A stretch of 32,000 bases of DNA, from contig NZ_JBHSTI010000051.1 in NCBI RefSeq assembly GCF_042660085.1, positions 1-32,000 of the forward strand, written 5' to 3'. The notes below the pieces were generated by a model that saw only the letters and a list, made by a program, of their open reading frames with translations, did not search any database and was not told the origin of the DNA. Numbering within the stretch: the stretch's first letter is position 1; each line of letters begins with the position of its first letter. Source of the DNA: Longivirga aurantiaca. GTDB lineage: Bacteria > Actinomycetota > Actinomycetes > S36-B12 > CAIYMF01. A program made the translations under genes and the position numbers. Positions 7,696-15,138 of the stretch are shown here, one piece after another.

Positions 7696-8552
7696 CGAGG
7701 AGCGAGGACGCTCTGCCGCTGGGTGCCGAGACCGGTGATGCCGAGCTCCATGACGTCGCCGGGCTGGAGCCAGACCGGCGGCTTGAAGCCGAGGCCGACG
7801 CCCGGGGGCGTTCCGGTGTTGATGAGGTCGCCGGGCTCGAGGACGAGGAACTGCGACAGGTAGTGCACGAGGAAGTAGGGGTCGAAGATCATCGTGGCCG
7901 TCGTGCCGGTCTGACGCCGTACGCCGCTGACGTCGAGCCACATGTCGAGCGCGAGCACGTCGTCGATCTCGTCAGGCGTGACGAGCCACGGGCCAGCGGG
8001 GTTGAACGTCTCGCAGCTCTTGCCCTTGCTCCACTGGCCGCCGCGCTCCATCTGGAACGCGCGCTCGCTCACGTCGTTCACCACGCAGTAGCCGGCGATC
8101 GCGTCGCGGGCGTCGTCGACGGAGTCGAGGTAGCTCGTGCGGCGTCCGATCACGATGCCCAGCTCGACCTCCCAGTCGGGCTTGGTCGCTCCGCGCGGGA
8201 TGAGCACGTCGTCGTACGGTCCGATGAGGGTGTTGGGGGACTTGGTGAACAGGATCGGCTCGTCCGGCACGGCCTGGCCGGTCTCAGCGGCGTGGTCGCT
8301 GTAGTTGAGGCCGATGCAGAGGATCTGGTGCGGCCGCGCGAACGGCGCACCCACGCGCTGGTCGCCGAGCTCGATCACGTGGCCCGCGGCCGCGCGCGAC
8401 GCCACGGTGTCGCGCACCCGCTCGATCGCACCGCCACCGAAGAAGGCCTCGTCGAAGTCGTCGACAACGTCGGAGAGGTCGACGTACGTGCCGTCGGCCA
8501 CGAGGGCCGCGGGCTTCTCCGAGCCGGGAGCGCCGATGCGCATGAGCTTCAT
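7692..8552 (-). CDS. Fumarylacetoacetate hydrolase (FAH)-family hydrolase/hydratase
   Basis: KILCIGLNY-like segment (QILCIGLNYSDHAAE), WEVELGIVIG, and NDVSERAFQ...QWSKGKSCETF are typical of FAH-fold enzymes. Confidence 0.9.
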   Translation of the reverse strand: MKLMRIGAPGSEKPAALVADGTYVDLSDVVDDFDEAFFGGGAIERVRDTVASRAAAGHVIELGDQRVGAPFARPHQILCIGLNYSDHAAETGQAVPDEPILFTKSPNTLIGPYDDVLIPRGATKPDWEVELGIVIGRRTSYLDSVDDARDAIAGYCVVNDVSERAFQMERGGQWSKGKSCETFNPAGPWLVTPDEIDDVLALDMWLDVSGVRRQTGTTATMIFDPYFLVHYLSQFLVLEPGDLINTGTPPGVGLGFKPPVWLQPGDVMELGITGLGTQRQSVLAPR

Positions 8553-8582
8553 GGGATCTCGTCCTGTCGGTGAGTGGTGCGG

Positions 8583-9491
8583 TCAGGTCGTGCCGCGCCA
8601 CGGACGGGCCGGCAGGCCCGGCACGTCCACGCGCGTGGTGAACAGCCTGCCCGACCGCGGATGGTCGGCGACATCCTGGGCGGTCATATTCTCGCGCGCG
8701 GTCGTGATCACAAGCGTCCGCCGGTCCTCGCCCGCGAACGCCACGTTGGTGGCCTGCGGCGCTCCGGGCGTGCGGACGACGTCGACGAGCGTGCCCTCGG
8801 GGCTGAACCGGCGCACCTCGCCCTGGCCGAAGACGGCCACCCAGAGGTGGCCGTCGGCATCGAGCGCGATGCCGTCGGGGAAGCCGTCGTCGACCCGCAC
8901 GAAGTCCGAGCGCCCACCTGCGGTGCCCGTGACGGCGTCGTACGGCCGCACCCGGACCACATGGCTGAAGGTGTCGACGCTGAAGAGGGTGCCGCCGTCC
9001 GCGGAGAACGCCAGGCCGTTGGACAGCCCGAGGTCGTCGTCGAGCACCGTGACCGTGCCGTCGTGGTCGACCAGCCACAGCCGCTCGGCGAACGTCCGCT
9101 CGCCCGTGGGTGCGGAGCCGACGAGGTAGCGGCCGAGCGGGTCGGTGACGCCGTCGTTCAGTCGGCGCGGCTCGTCGGCGCAGAGGACGGCTACGAGGTG
9201 CTCGCCCCCGTCGACGTCGACGAACACCAGCCGGTCGTGCGCCGCGAGCAGAGTGCCGGGCTCATGGTCGAGGAAGGCGGGGGCCGCGACGGCACCGAGC
9301 GTGGCCGGCGCGTAGGCCAGGGAGAACGACGCCTGCTCGTGAACACCGCCGCCGTCGTCGAGCGAGCCCACGTGCACCCGGCCGCCGAGGATGTCGACCC
9401 AGCGCAGGATCGCCCGTTCCGGGTCCCACACCGGGCCTTCGCCGAGCTCGTACGACGCCGTGGTCGCGACGTCGGCGTCCCACGTGGTCAC
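8583..9491 (-). CDS. SMP-30/gluconolactonase/LRE-family lactonase
   Basis: YELGEGPVWDPERAILRWVDILGGRVH at the N-terminus, LNDG, SNGLAFS and PDGIALDADGHLWVA are beta-propeller lactonase hallmarks. The start codon is GTG. Confidence 0.85.
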   Translation of the reverse strand: MTTWDADVATTASYELGEGPVWDPERAILRWVDILGGRVHVGSLDDGGGVHEQASFSLAYAPATLGAVAAPAFLDHEPGTLLAAHDRLVFVDVDGGEHLVAVLCADEPRRLNDGVTDPLGRYLVGSAPTGERTFAERLWLVDHDGTVTVLDDDLGLSNGLAFSADGGTLFSVDTFSHVVRVRPYDAVTGTAGGRSDFVRVDDGFPDGIALDADGHLWVAVFGQGEVRRFSPEGTLVDVVRTPGAPQATNVAFAGEDRRTLVITTARENMTAQDVADHPRSGRLFTTRVDVPGLPARPWRGTT

Positions 9492-9544
9492 GCCGACGAG
9501 CCTAGACGGGCGGCGCGCTCGGCGAGGGTTGAGCCTCGCACCAG

Positions 9545-9622
9545 CCCCACCCCGTCAGCCTGATCAATCCGTTGCTTCCCGGGTGCAGAAGCAACGGATT
9601 GATGAGGCTGAGCTGGGGGGTG
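9545..9622. repeat. Palindromic intergenic element, well-preserved copy B
   Basis: cagcctgatcaatccgttgcttc (9556-9578) pairs with gaagcaacggattgatgaggctg (9588-9610) as a 23-bp stem with 1 mismatch and a 9-nt loop, with G/C-rich partial extensions. It sits between the divergent lactonase and PAP2 starts. Confidence 0.7.
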
Positions 9623-9679
9623 AACCGCCGGGGAGAGTGTGCAGGGTTGAGCGGCGGCCAGCGGGGGAAGACAGGACGA

Positions 9680-10423
9680 ATGACGACGTCGGACCCGCGG
9701 GTCGTGCAGAGCGGTGCCCGCGCCGCGTGGCTGCTCGGCTCCGGGTTGACCGCCGGCTGGTTGGCGCTGCTGGCGTGGGTGCGCGCCACCGCCCCGGACG
9801 TCCCCGCCCTCGACAGCGGGCTGCACGACTGGGCCGTTCAGGTCCGCACGCCCGAGAGCATCGACCTCGCCAACGCCGTGAGCGTGCTGGGTCAGGTGGA
9901 CGTGGCCGTGCCGCTCGCGGTCGTCGGCGTCGTCCTGGTCGAGTCGGTCACGCGCCGCTGGGGCCGCGCCCGTGCTGCCGTGGGCATGGCGGTGCTCGCG
10001 GGTGGAGGCGCGGTGGTCGGTCTCGCCATGAACCACGTGGTCGGCCGCGAGCGTCCGGTGCCCGACTCCTGGGCGGGCGCCGCCGGCGGCCCGTCCTTCC
10101 CCTCCGGCCACACCACGGCTGCGACCGTCGCCGCGCTGCTGCTCGCGTGGGCGGTCACCCGCGTCGTCACCCGCCGCTGGGCGCAGGTCGCCGTATGGCT
10201 CGTTGCCGCCGTCTGGGCCGTCGGCGTCGGCTGGTCTCGAGTCTGGCTCGGCGTCCACTGGCCGACCGACGTGCTCGCCGCGTGGCTGTTCGTCCCCTCG
10301 CTGCTCGTGCTCGGCCGGGCAGCGCAGCTCACCTGGTGGCCGGGCGACGCGCCCCCCACAGCGGTCCTCGACCCGTCCGACACCCCCGGCTCCGAGCCGG
10401 TCTACCGAGAGGTTCCCCGATGA
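9680..10423 (+). CDS. PAP2-superfamily membrane phosphatase
   Basis: PAP2 motifs PSGHT and SRVWLGVHWPTDV (SRxxxxxHxxxD), plus multiple TM helices. The start is at MTTSDPRV (ATG 9680); the ORF opens at 9572. Confidence 0.8.
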   Translation: MTTSDPRVVQSGARAAWLLGSGLTAGWLALLAWVRATAPDVPALDSGLHDWAVQVRTPESIDLANAVSVLGQVDVAVPLAVVGVVLVESVTRRWGRARAAVGMAVLAGGGAVVGLAMNHVVGRERPVPDSWAGAAGGPSFPSGHTTAATVAALLLAWAVTRVVTRRWAQVAVWLVAAVWAVGVGWSRVWLGVHWPTDVLAAWLFVPSLLVLGRAAQLTWWPGDAPPTAVLDPSDTPGSEPVYREVPR

Positions 10424-11352
10424 CCAAGGTCGCCGTGGTCGCGCATTCCGGCAAGACGTTCGGAGGCGGGCTGCCCGAGCTCCACGACGTCCTCGCGCAC
10501 GAGGGCGTCGACGTCCTCTGGTACGAGGTGCCGAAGAGCAAGCACGCCCCGAAAGCGGTGCGCAGGGCGCTGAAGCAGGGCGCCGAGCTCGTCCTCGCCT
10601 GGGGCGGCGACGGCATGCAGCAGCGCTGCATCGAGGTGCTCGCGGGCACCGGCGTTCCGCTCGGGATCCTGCCTGCCGGCACCGGCAACCTGCTCGCGAC
10701 GAACCTCGACGTGCCGACGACCGTCGCGGACGCGGTGGCGGTCGCGCTGCACGGCGACCGGCGGGCCCTCGACACCGGTGTCTGCAACGGCGAGCACTTC
10801 GCCGTGATGGCGGGCGCGGGCTTCGACGCGCTCATGATCAAGGACGCCGACCGAGGACTGAAGGACCGCATCGGCAGGGCCGCCTACCTGTGGACCGGCC
10901 TGCGCAACATCAGCGCCGCGCAGGTGCACGGCCGGGTCAAGGTGGACGGCAACCTCTTCTACGAGGGGCAGCTCTCGTGCGTGCTCGTCGGCAACGTCTC
11001 GAAGGTCTTCGCGGGCATCGAGGCGTTCGACGGCGCCCGTCCGGACGACGGGGTGCTCGAGGTCGCCGTCGTGTCTGCCAGCACGCCGGTCGAGTGGACC
11101 CGCGCGGTGACACGCGTGGTCGCCGACCGCGCAGAGAGGTCGCCGTTCATCGACGTGACGAGCGGTCGGAGGATCCGGGTCGCTCTGAGGACCAAGCTCG
11201 CGTACGAGATCGACGGCGGCGACCGTCCGCCGACGAAGAAGCTGCGCATCGACGTCCGTCCCGCGTCCGTGACGGTGTGCGTGCCGCAGCGCACCACGGA
11301 GATCCAGCAGGTCGACCACGCCGAGGGGGTTGAGCCGGTCGCTGCCGGGTAG
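10420..11352 (+). CDS. Diacylglycerol-kinase-family lipid kinase (DAGK catalytic domain, YegS/LCB5-like)
   Basis: MTKVAVVAHSGK..., GGDGM and PAGTGNLLA motifs. Its ATG overlaps the PAP2 stop (ATGA). Confidence 0.85.
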   Translation: MTKVAVVAHSGKTFGGGLPELHDVLAHEGVDVLWYEVPKSKHAPKAVRRALKQGAELVLAWGGDGMQQRCIEVLAGTGVPLGILPAGTGNLLATNLDVPTTVADAVAVALHGDRRALDTGVCNGEHFAVMAGAGFDALMIKDADRGLKDRIGRAAYLWTGLRNISAAQVHGRVKVDGNLFYEGQLSCVLVGNVSKVFAGIEAFDGARPDDGVLEVAVVSASTPVEWTRAVTRVVADRAERSPFIDVTSGRRIRVALRTKLAYEIDGGDRPPTKKLRIDVRPASVTVCVPQRTTEIQQVDHAEGVEPVAAG

Positions 11353-11408
11353 AACCCCTGGGCACGGTGCGAGGTGCGCCGTGCTCCGCACAACGAGAGG
11401 GGCCAGTC

Positions 11409-11684
11409 ATGGGTATCGGAGCGAGCATCTTCCTGCTGGCGGTCGGCGCGATCCTGGCGTTCGCCGTCAACGCGCAGGTCGCAGGCATCGACATCCAGGT
11501 GGTCGGCTGGGTCCTCATGGGCGCCGGTGTCATCGGCCTGCTCATGACCCTGCTGGTCTTCGCCCCCCGTCGGCGTCGTCTGGTGCGCGAGACCGGCGTG
11601 CCGTACGGCTCGGTCGCCCCTGACGGCGACCTCCCCGTGTCCCGCAACGTCGTCACCACCGAGGTGCGCGACGACGTCGTGTGA
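11409..11684 (+). CDS. Small two-TM membrane protein (DUF6458-like)
   Basis: MGIGASIFLLAVGAILAFAV...VVGWVLMGAGVIGLLMTLLVF followed by RRRR. A gagagggg RBS lies upstream. Confidence 0.6.
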   Translation: MGIGASIFLLAVGAILAFAVNAQVAGIDIQVVGWVLMGAGVIGLLMTLLVFAPRRRRLVRETGVPYGSVAPDGDLPVSRNVVTTEVRDDVV

Positions 11685-11725
11685 AGCCGCTGAGCCCCCG
11701 TCACGGGGGTGCGGGGGCTCAGCGG
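11685..11725 (+). terminator. Perfect 14-bp GC-rich stem-loop directly after the stop codon
   Basis: gccgctgagccccc (11685-11698) and gggggctcagcggc (11712-11725) are exact complements around a 13-nt loop. There is no U-tract, which I recall is common in high-GC actinobacteria. Confidence 0.6.
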
Positions 11726-11833
11726 CGGGTGACGAACGAGGCTCCGGGCGCGCGAGGACGGGGATGCGGTCCTACCGTGCTCCCTGTGGCGGCCCCGGGT
11801 GCCGTCCGACGTCGTGCGAACCGAGGAGCGCCC

Positions 11834-12151
11834 ATGTCCGAGCAGCTGACCGACCCCACCGCTGAGGCGACCGAGGGCTGCGTCGGCTGCGGATGCGGCG
11901 CTGGCGGCTGCGGCGGGTCGGGCGCTGCCCCCGTCGTCGACCTCGGGGCCGTGAAGTCCGAGGTGCGCCGGGCCGTCGTCGAGGCGGTCGTCGCCGTCGT
12001 GCCCGTGGACGACGAGGTCGTGTTCGTCGCCCCGCACGAGGTGCTGCCGCTGATGCGCTCGCTGATCGACTCCGACGCCGGCGCGCTCCAGGCGTCGTAC
12101 GACGAGGAGGGCCCCGAGCTCTGGGCCCTGCGGGTGCGCCGCCTCCGCTAG
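11834..12151 (+). CDS. DUF2249-like small protein with an N-terminal four-Cys Cys/Gly-rich tail (paralog A)
   Basis: A gaggag RBS lies 5 nt upstream. The tail is EGCVGCGCGAGGCGG. The body ...VDLGAV..EVRRA...APHEVLPL...YDEEGPELWALRV fits my recollection of the DUF2249 pattern (LDVR..P..RH...HDP.PL...Y...GP..W.V). Confidence 0.7.
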   Translation: MSEQLTDPTAEATEGCVGCGCGAGGCGGSGAAPVVDLGAVKSEVRRAVVEAVVAVVPVDDEVVFVAPHEVLPLMRSLIDSDAGALQASYDEEGPELWALRVRRLR

Positions 12152-12167
12152 CGCGCCCGTCCCTGAG

Positions 12168-12923
12168 TCAGCCGCGGCGGATTGGCTCCCAGCCCCGCTG
12201 CGGGTCGCGGTTGCCGGTGACTGTCGTGTCACGGCTGCGGTAGACGAGGTACGGCCGCGAGACGTAGCCGACCGGTGCGCTGAAGATGTGCACGAGGCGC
12301 GTGAACGGCACGAGGGCGAAGAGCAGCATCGCGACCGCGGCGTGGAGCTGGAACGACAGGGGCGCACCCGTCATGTCGCCCGGGTCCGGGCTCAGCACGA
12401 AGAGGCTCCGGAACCACACTGCAACGGACTCTCGGTAGTTGTAGCCGTCCGGGTAGCCGCCGGTGAGGTTGAGCAGGTTGATGCCCACGGTGTTGAAGAC
12501 GCCCAGGCCGACGACGGCACCCAGGAACACGTACATGACCTTGTCCATCGTCGTGGTCACGGAGAACACGCGTCCGACCGTGCGGCGGCGGTAGATCAGG
12601 ATCGACAGGCCCGTGACGACCATGACCGCTGCGATCACGCCGAAAGCCACCGCGGCCACGTGGTACATGTGCTCCGAGACGCCGATCGTCTCGGTCCACC
12701 CGGCGGGGATGAGCAGGCCGAGCACGTGACCGCCGAGCGCCAGCAGGATGCCGACGTGGAACAGCGGGCTGCCGATGCGCAGCAGCTTGGTCTCGTACAT
12801 CTGCGAGGACCGCGTCGTCCAGCCGTAGGCGTCGTACTTGTAGCGCCAGAACATCCCGACGGCGAACGCCACGAGGCTGACGTAGGGCAGGACGACCCAG
12901 ACGAACGTCTGCACGGTGGTCAT
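12168..12923 (-). CDS. narI: Respiratory nitrate reductase gamma subunit (cytochrome b)
   Basis: VWVVLPYVSLVAFAVGMFWRYKYD..GWTTRSSQ..E...LRIGSPLFHVGIL is the canonical NarI N-terminus. Its ATG overlaps the narJ stop. Confidence 0.95.
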   Translation of the reverse strand: MTTVQTFVWVVLPYVSLVAFAVGMFWRYKYDAYGWTTRSSQMYETKLLRIGSPLFHVGILLALGGHVLGLLIPAGWTETIGVSEHMYHVAAVAFGVIAAVMVVTGLSILIYRRRTVGRVFSVTTTMDKVMYVFLGAVVGLGVFNTVGINLLNLTGGYPDGYNYRESVAVWFRSLFVLSPDPGDMTGAPLSFQLHAAVAMLLFALVPFTRLVHIFSAPVGYVSRPYLVYRSRDTTVTGNRDPQRGWEPIRRG

Positions 12924-13567
12924 GCGTGCACACCTGCCTTCAGCGACTCGACGGGGAAGAACGGGGCGAGGCCGACCTGCTCGGCCGGCGGGCCGGCGAA
13001 GGCGAGCTCCTCCGCCGTGGGGCCGTCAGGAGCGGCGGGGACGACGGCGAGCAGCGCCGACACCGGATCGACATAGGGCGAGTCGAACTTCGCGAGCGCG
13101 TGCTCGAGCAGCTCGAGCCCGGCCCGGTGCCGGGCCAGCATCTCCAGCGCCGCGTCGACGGGTCCGACGGCACCGAACTCGAGCACCACCGGCAGGAAGT
13201 CGGGGAGCTCTTCCGGCCCGAGGTCGAACCCGGCCTCCTGATACCTCTCCTTGAAGCCGACGAGGGCCATCCCGCGGCTTCGCGTGTCGCCGTTGAGGAA
13301 CCAGGTGAGGTAGAGGCATGCCTTGCGCCTGCGGTCGAAGATCTCGACGTAATGCGCCTGAGCATTGACGAGGTCCGTGCTCGAGAGCCACTCGGTCATG
13401 CGCCGCAGTGGTTCGCGCGAACCGTGGGGGAGCTCGTCGAGGCTGCGGCCGACGAGGTTCAGCCTGTCGACCGCTCCCTGGTCCGGGTACGACAGCAGCA
13501 TCGACGTGGTGGCGAGCAGGCGGCGTACCGCAGGCGCCTCGCTCTCGGGGAGATGGTGGGTGATCAC
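12920..13567 (-). CDS. narJ: Nitrate reductase molybdenum-cofactor assembly chaperone
   Basis: Position between narH and narI, 215 aa, with LLSYPD...Y.E.FD... as the NarJ/TorD-like pattern. The GTG start overlaps the narH stop (GTGA). Confidence 0.9.
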   Translation of the reverse strand: MITHHLPESEAPAVRRLLATTSMLLSYPDQGAVDRLNLVGRSLDELPHGSREPLRRMTEWLSSTDLVNAQAHYVEIFDRRRKACLYLTWFLNGDTRSRGMALVGFKERYQEAGFDLGPEELPDFLPVVLEFGAVGPVDAALEMLARHRAGLELLEHALAKFDSPYVDPVSALLAVVPAAPDGPTAEELAFAGPPAEQVGLAPFFPVESLKAGVHA

Positions 13568-15138
13568 TGCGACCCTCCCGGGAGGTCGGCGTTCGAGTCG
13601 GCCTCGAAGCGCTGCTTGGTGAGATGGAAGCTCTCGATCGAGACGGGTACCGGCTTGCCGTCACCGACGACGGGCTGCATCCCCGGCCCGCCCTCGAAGT
13701 CGAGCGAGCATCCGGGCGACTCCTCCAGCGCGGCAGCCGCCTCCTGGTGCGCGCGCGGGATCACATATCGGCTCTCGTACTTCGCGATCGCGAGCAGCCG
13801 GTACATCTCGTAGAGGTCCTCGCCCGTGAGGCCGACCGCCTCCGCGATCGACTCGTCGGTGTCGCGACCGAGGTTGATGTCGCGCATGTACGAGCGCATC
13901 GCTGCCAGCCGCTTGAGGACGCCGTCGACCACGGGCACGTCGCCTGCCGTGAGGAGGTTGGCCAGATAGCCGATGGGGATCCGTAGGGCGTCGATCGCGC
14001 CGAACAGGTTGCCGGCGTCCTCGGCGTCATGGCCGCTGTTGGCGAGCGCGTCCACCACCGGCGACAGCGGCGGGATGTACCAGACCATCGGCATGGTGCG
14101 GTACTCCGGGTGCAGCGGCAGCGCGAGGCGGTACTTCTTGGCCAGCGTGTAGACGGGCGACTTCTGCGCCGCCTCGATCCAGTCGTCGGCGATCCCGTCG
14201 CGACGTGCCTGGGCGACGACCTCGGGGTCGTTCGGGTCGAGGAGCACGTCGAGCTGCGCCTCGTACAGGTCCTTGTCGTCCTCGACCGAAGCCGCGGCGA
14301 GCACCTTGTCCACGTCGTACAGGAAGAGGCCGATGTAGCGCAGGCGCCCGACGCAGGTCTCGGCGCAGACGGTCGGCTGACCCACCTCGAGGCGGGGGTA
14401 GCAGAACGTGCACTTCTCGGCCTTGCCGGTCTTGTGGTTGAAGTAGACCTTCTTGTACGGGCAGCCCGAGACGCACATGCGCCAGCCGCGGCAGCGGTCC
14501 TGGTCGACGAGCACGATGCCGTCCTCTGACCGTTTGTACATCGCGCCGGACGGGCAGGCGGCGACGCACGCCGGGTTGAGGCAGTGCTCGCAGATCCGCG
14601 GCAGGTAGAACATGAACGCCTTCTCGAGCTCGAAGACCACGCTGTCCTCGATGCCCTTGAGCATCGGATCGAGGTGGCCGCGCTCGTGCGTCCCGCCGAG
14701 GTCGTCGTCCCAGTTGGCGCCCCAGCGGATCTCGGTGTCCTTGCCCGTGATCATGGACTTCGGGCGGGCGACAGGGGTGGTGTCCATGGCCGGCGAGCTG
14801 ATGAGGGTGTCGTAGTCGTACGTCCACGGCTCGTAGTAGTCGTCGAGCGACGGGAGCTTGGGGTTGCTGAAGATCTGGGTGAGCCGGCGGATGCGGCCGC
14901 CGCTGCGCAGCTTGAGCCGGCCGCGCTTCGTGCGGACCCAGCCGCCCTTCCACTGCTCCTGGTCCTCGTGCCGCTTGGGGTAGCCGAGACCGGGCCGGGT
15001 CTCGACGTTGTTGAACCAGACGTACTCGACACCCGTGCGGTTGGTCCACGTCTGCTTGCACGTGACCGAGCAGGTGTGGCACCCGATGCACTTGTCGAGG
15101 TTCATCACCATGCCCACCTGGGCCATGACGCGTGTCAT
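13564..15138 (-). CDS. narH: Respiratory nitrate reductase beta subunit (Fe-S)
   Basis: MAQVGMVMNLDKCIGCHTCSVTCK plus further ferredoxin Cys clusters (CEHCLNPACVAACPSGA, CRGWRMCVSGCPY, CTFCYPR). The start overlaps the narG stop by 1 nt (TGATG); the ORF extension to 15738 is spurious. Confidence 0.95.
   Translation of the reverse strand: MTRVMAQVGMVMNLDKCIGCHTCSVTCKQTWTNRTGVEYVWFNNVETRPGLGYPKRHEDQEQWKGGWVRTKRGRLKLRSGGRIRRLTQIFSNPKLPSLDDYYEPWTYDYDTLISSPAMDTTPVARPKSMITGKDTEIRWGANWDDDLGGTHERGHLDPMLKGIEDSVVFELEKAFMFYLPRICEHCLNPACVAACPSGAMYKRSEDGIVLVDQDRCRGWRMCVSGCPYKKVYFNHKTGKAEKCTFCYPRLEVGQPTVCAETCVGRLRYIGLFLYDVDKVLAAASVEDDKDLYEAQLDVLLDPNDPEVVAQARRDGIADDWIEAAQKSPVYTLAKKYRLALPLHPEYRTMPMVWYIPPLSPVVDALANSGHDAEDAGNLFGAIDALRIPIGYLANLLTAGDVPVVDGVLKRLAAMRSYMRDINLGRDTDESIAEAVGLTGEDLYEMYRLLAIAKYESRYVIPRAHQEAAAALEESPGCSLDFEGGPGMQPVVGDGKPVPVSIESFHLTKQRFEADSNADLPGGSQ

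Noticed and set aside
11876-11925. The GC-rich ggctgcgg-type repeats (also at 22728-22770) as simple-sequence DNA repeats or as a RiPP precursor core.
   Set aside because: They are in-frame parts of ORFs with good RBSs and a conserved C-terminal domain shared by both paralogs. No radical-SAM, cyclodehydratase, lanthipeptide or peptidase genes are nearby.
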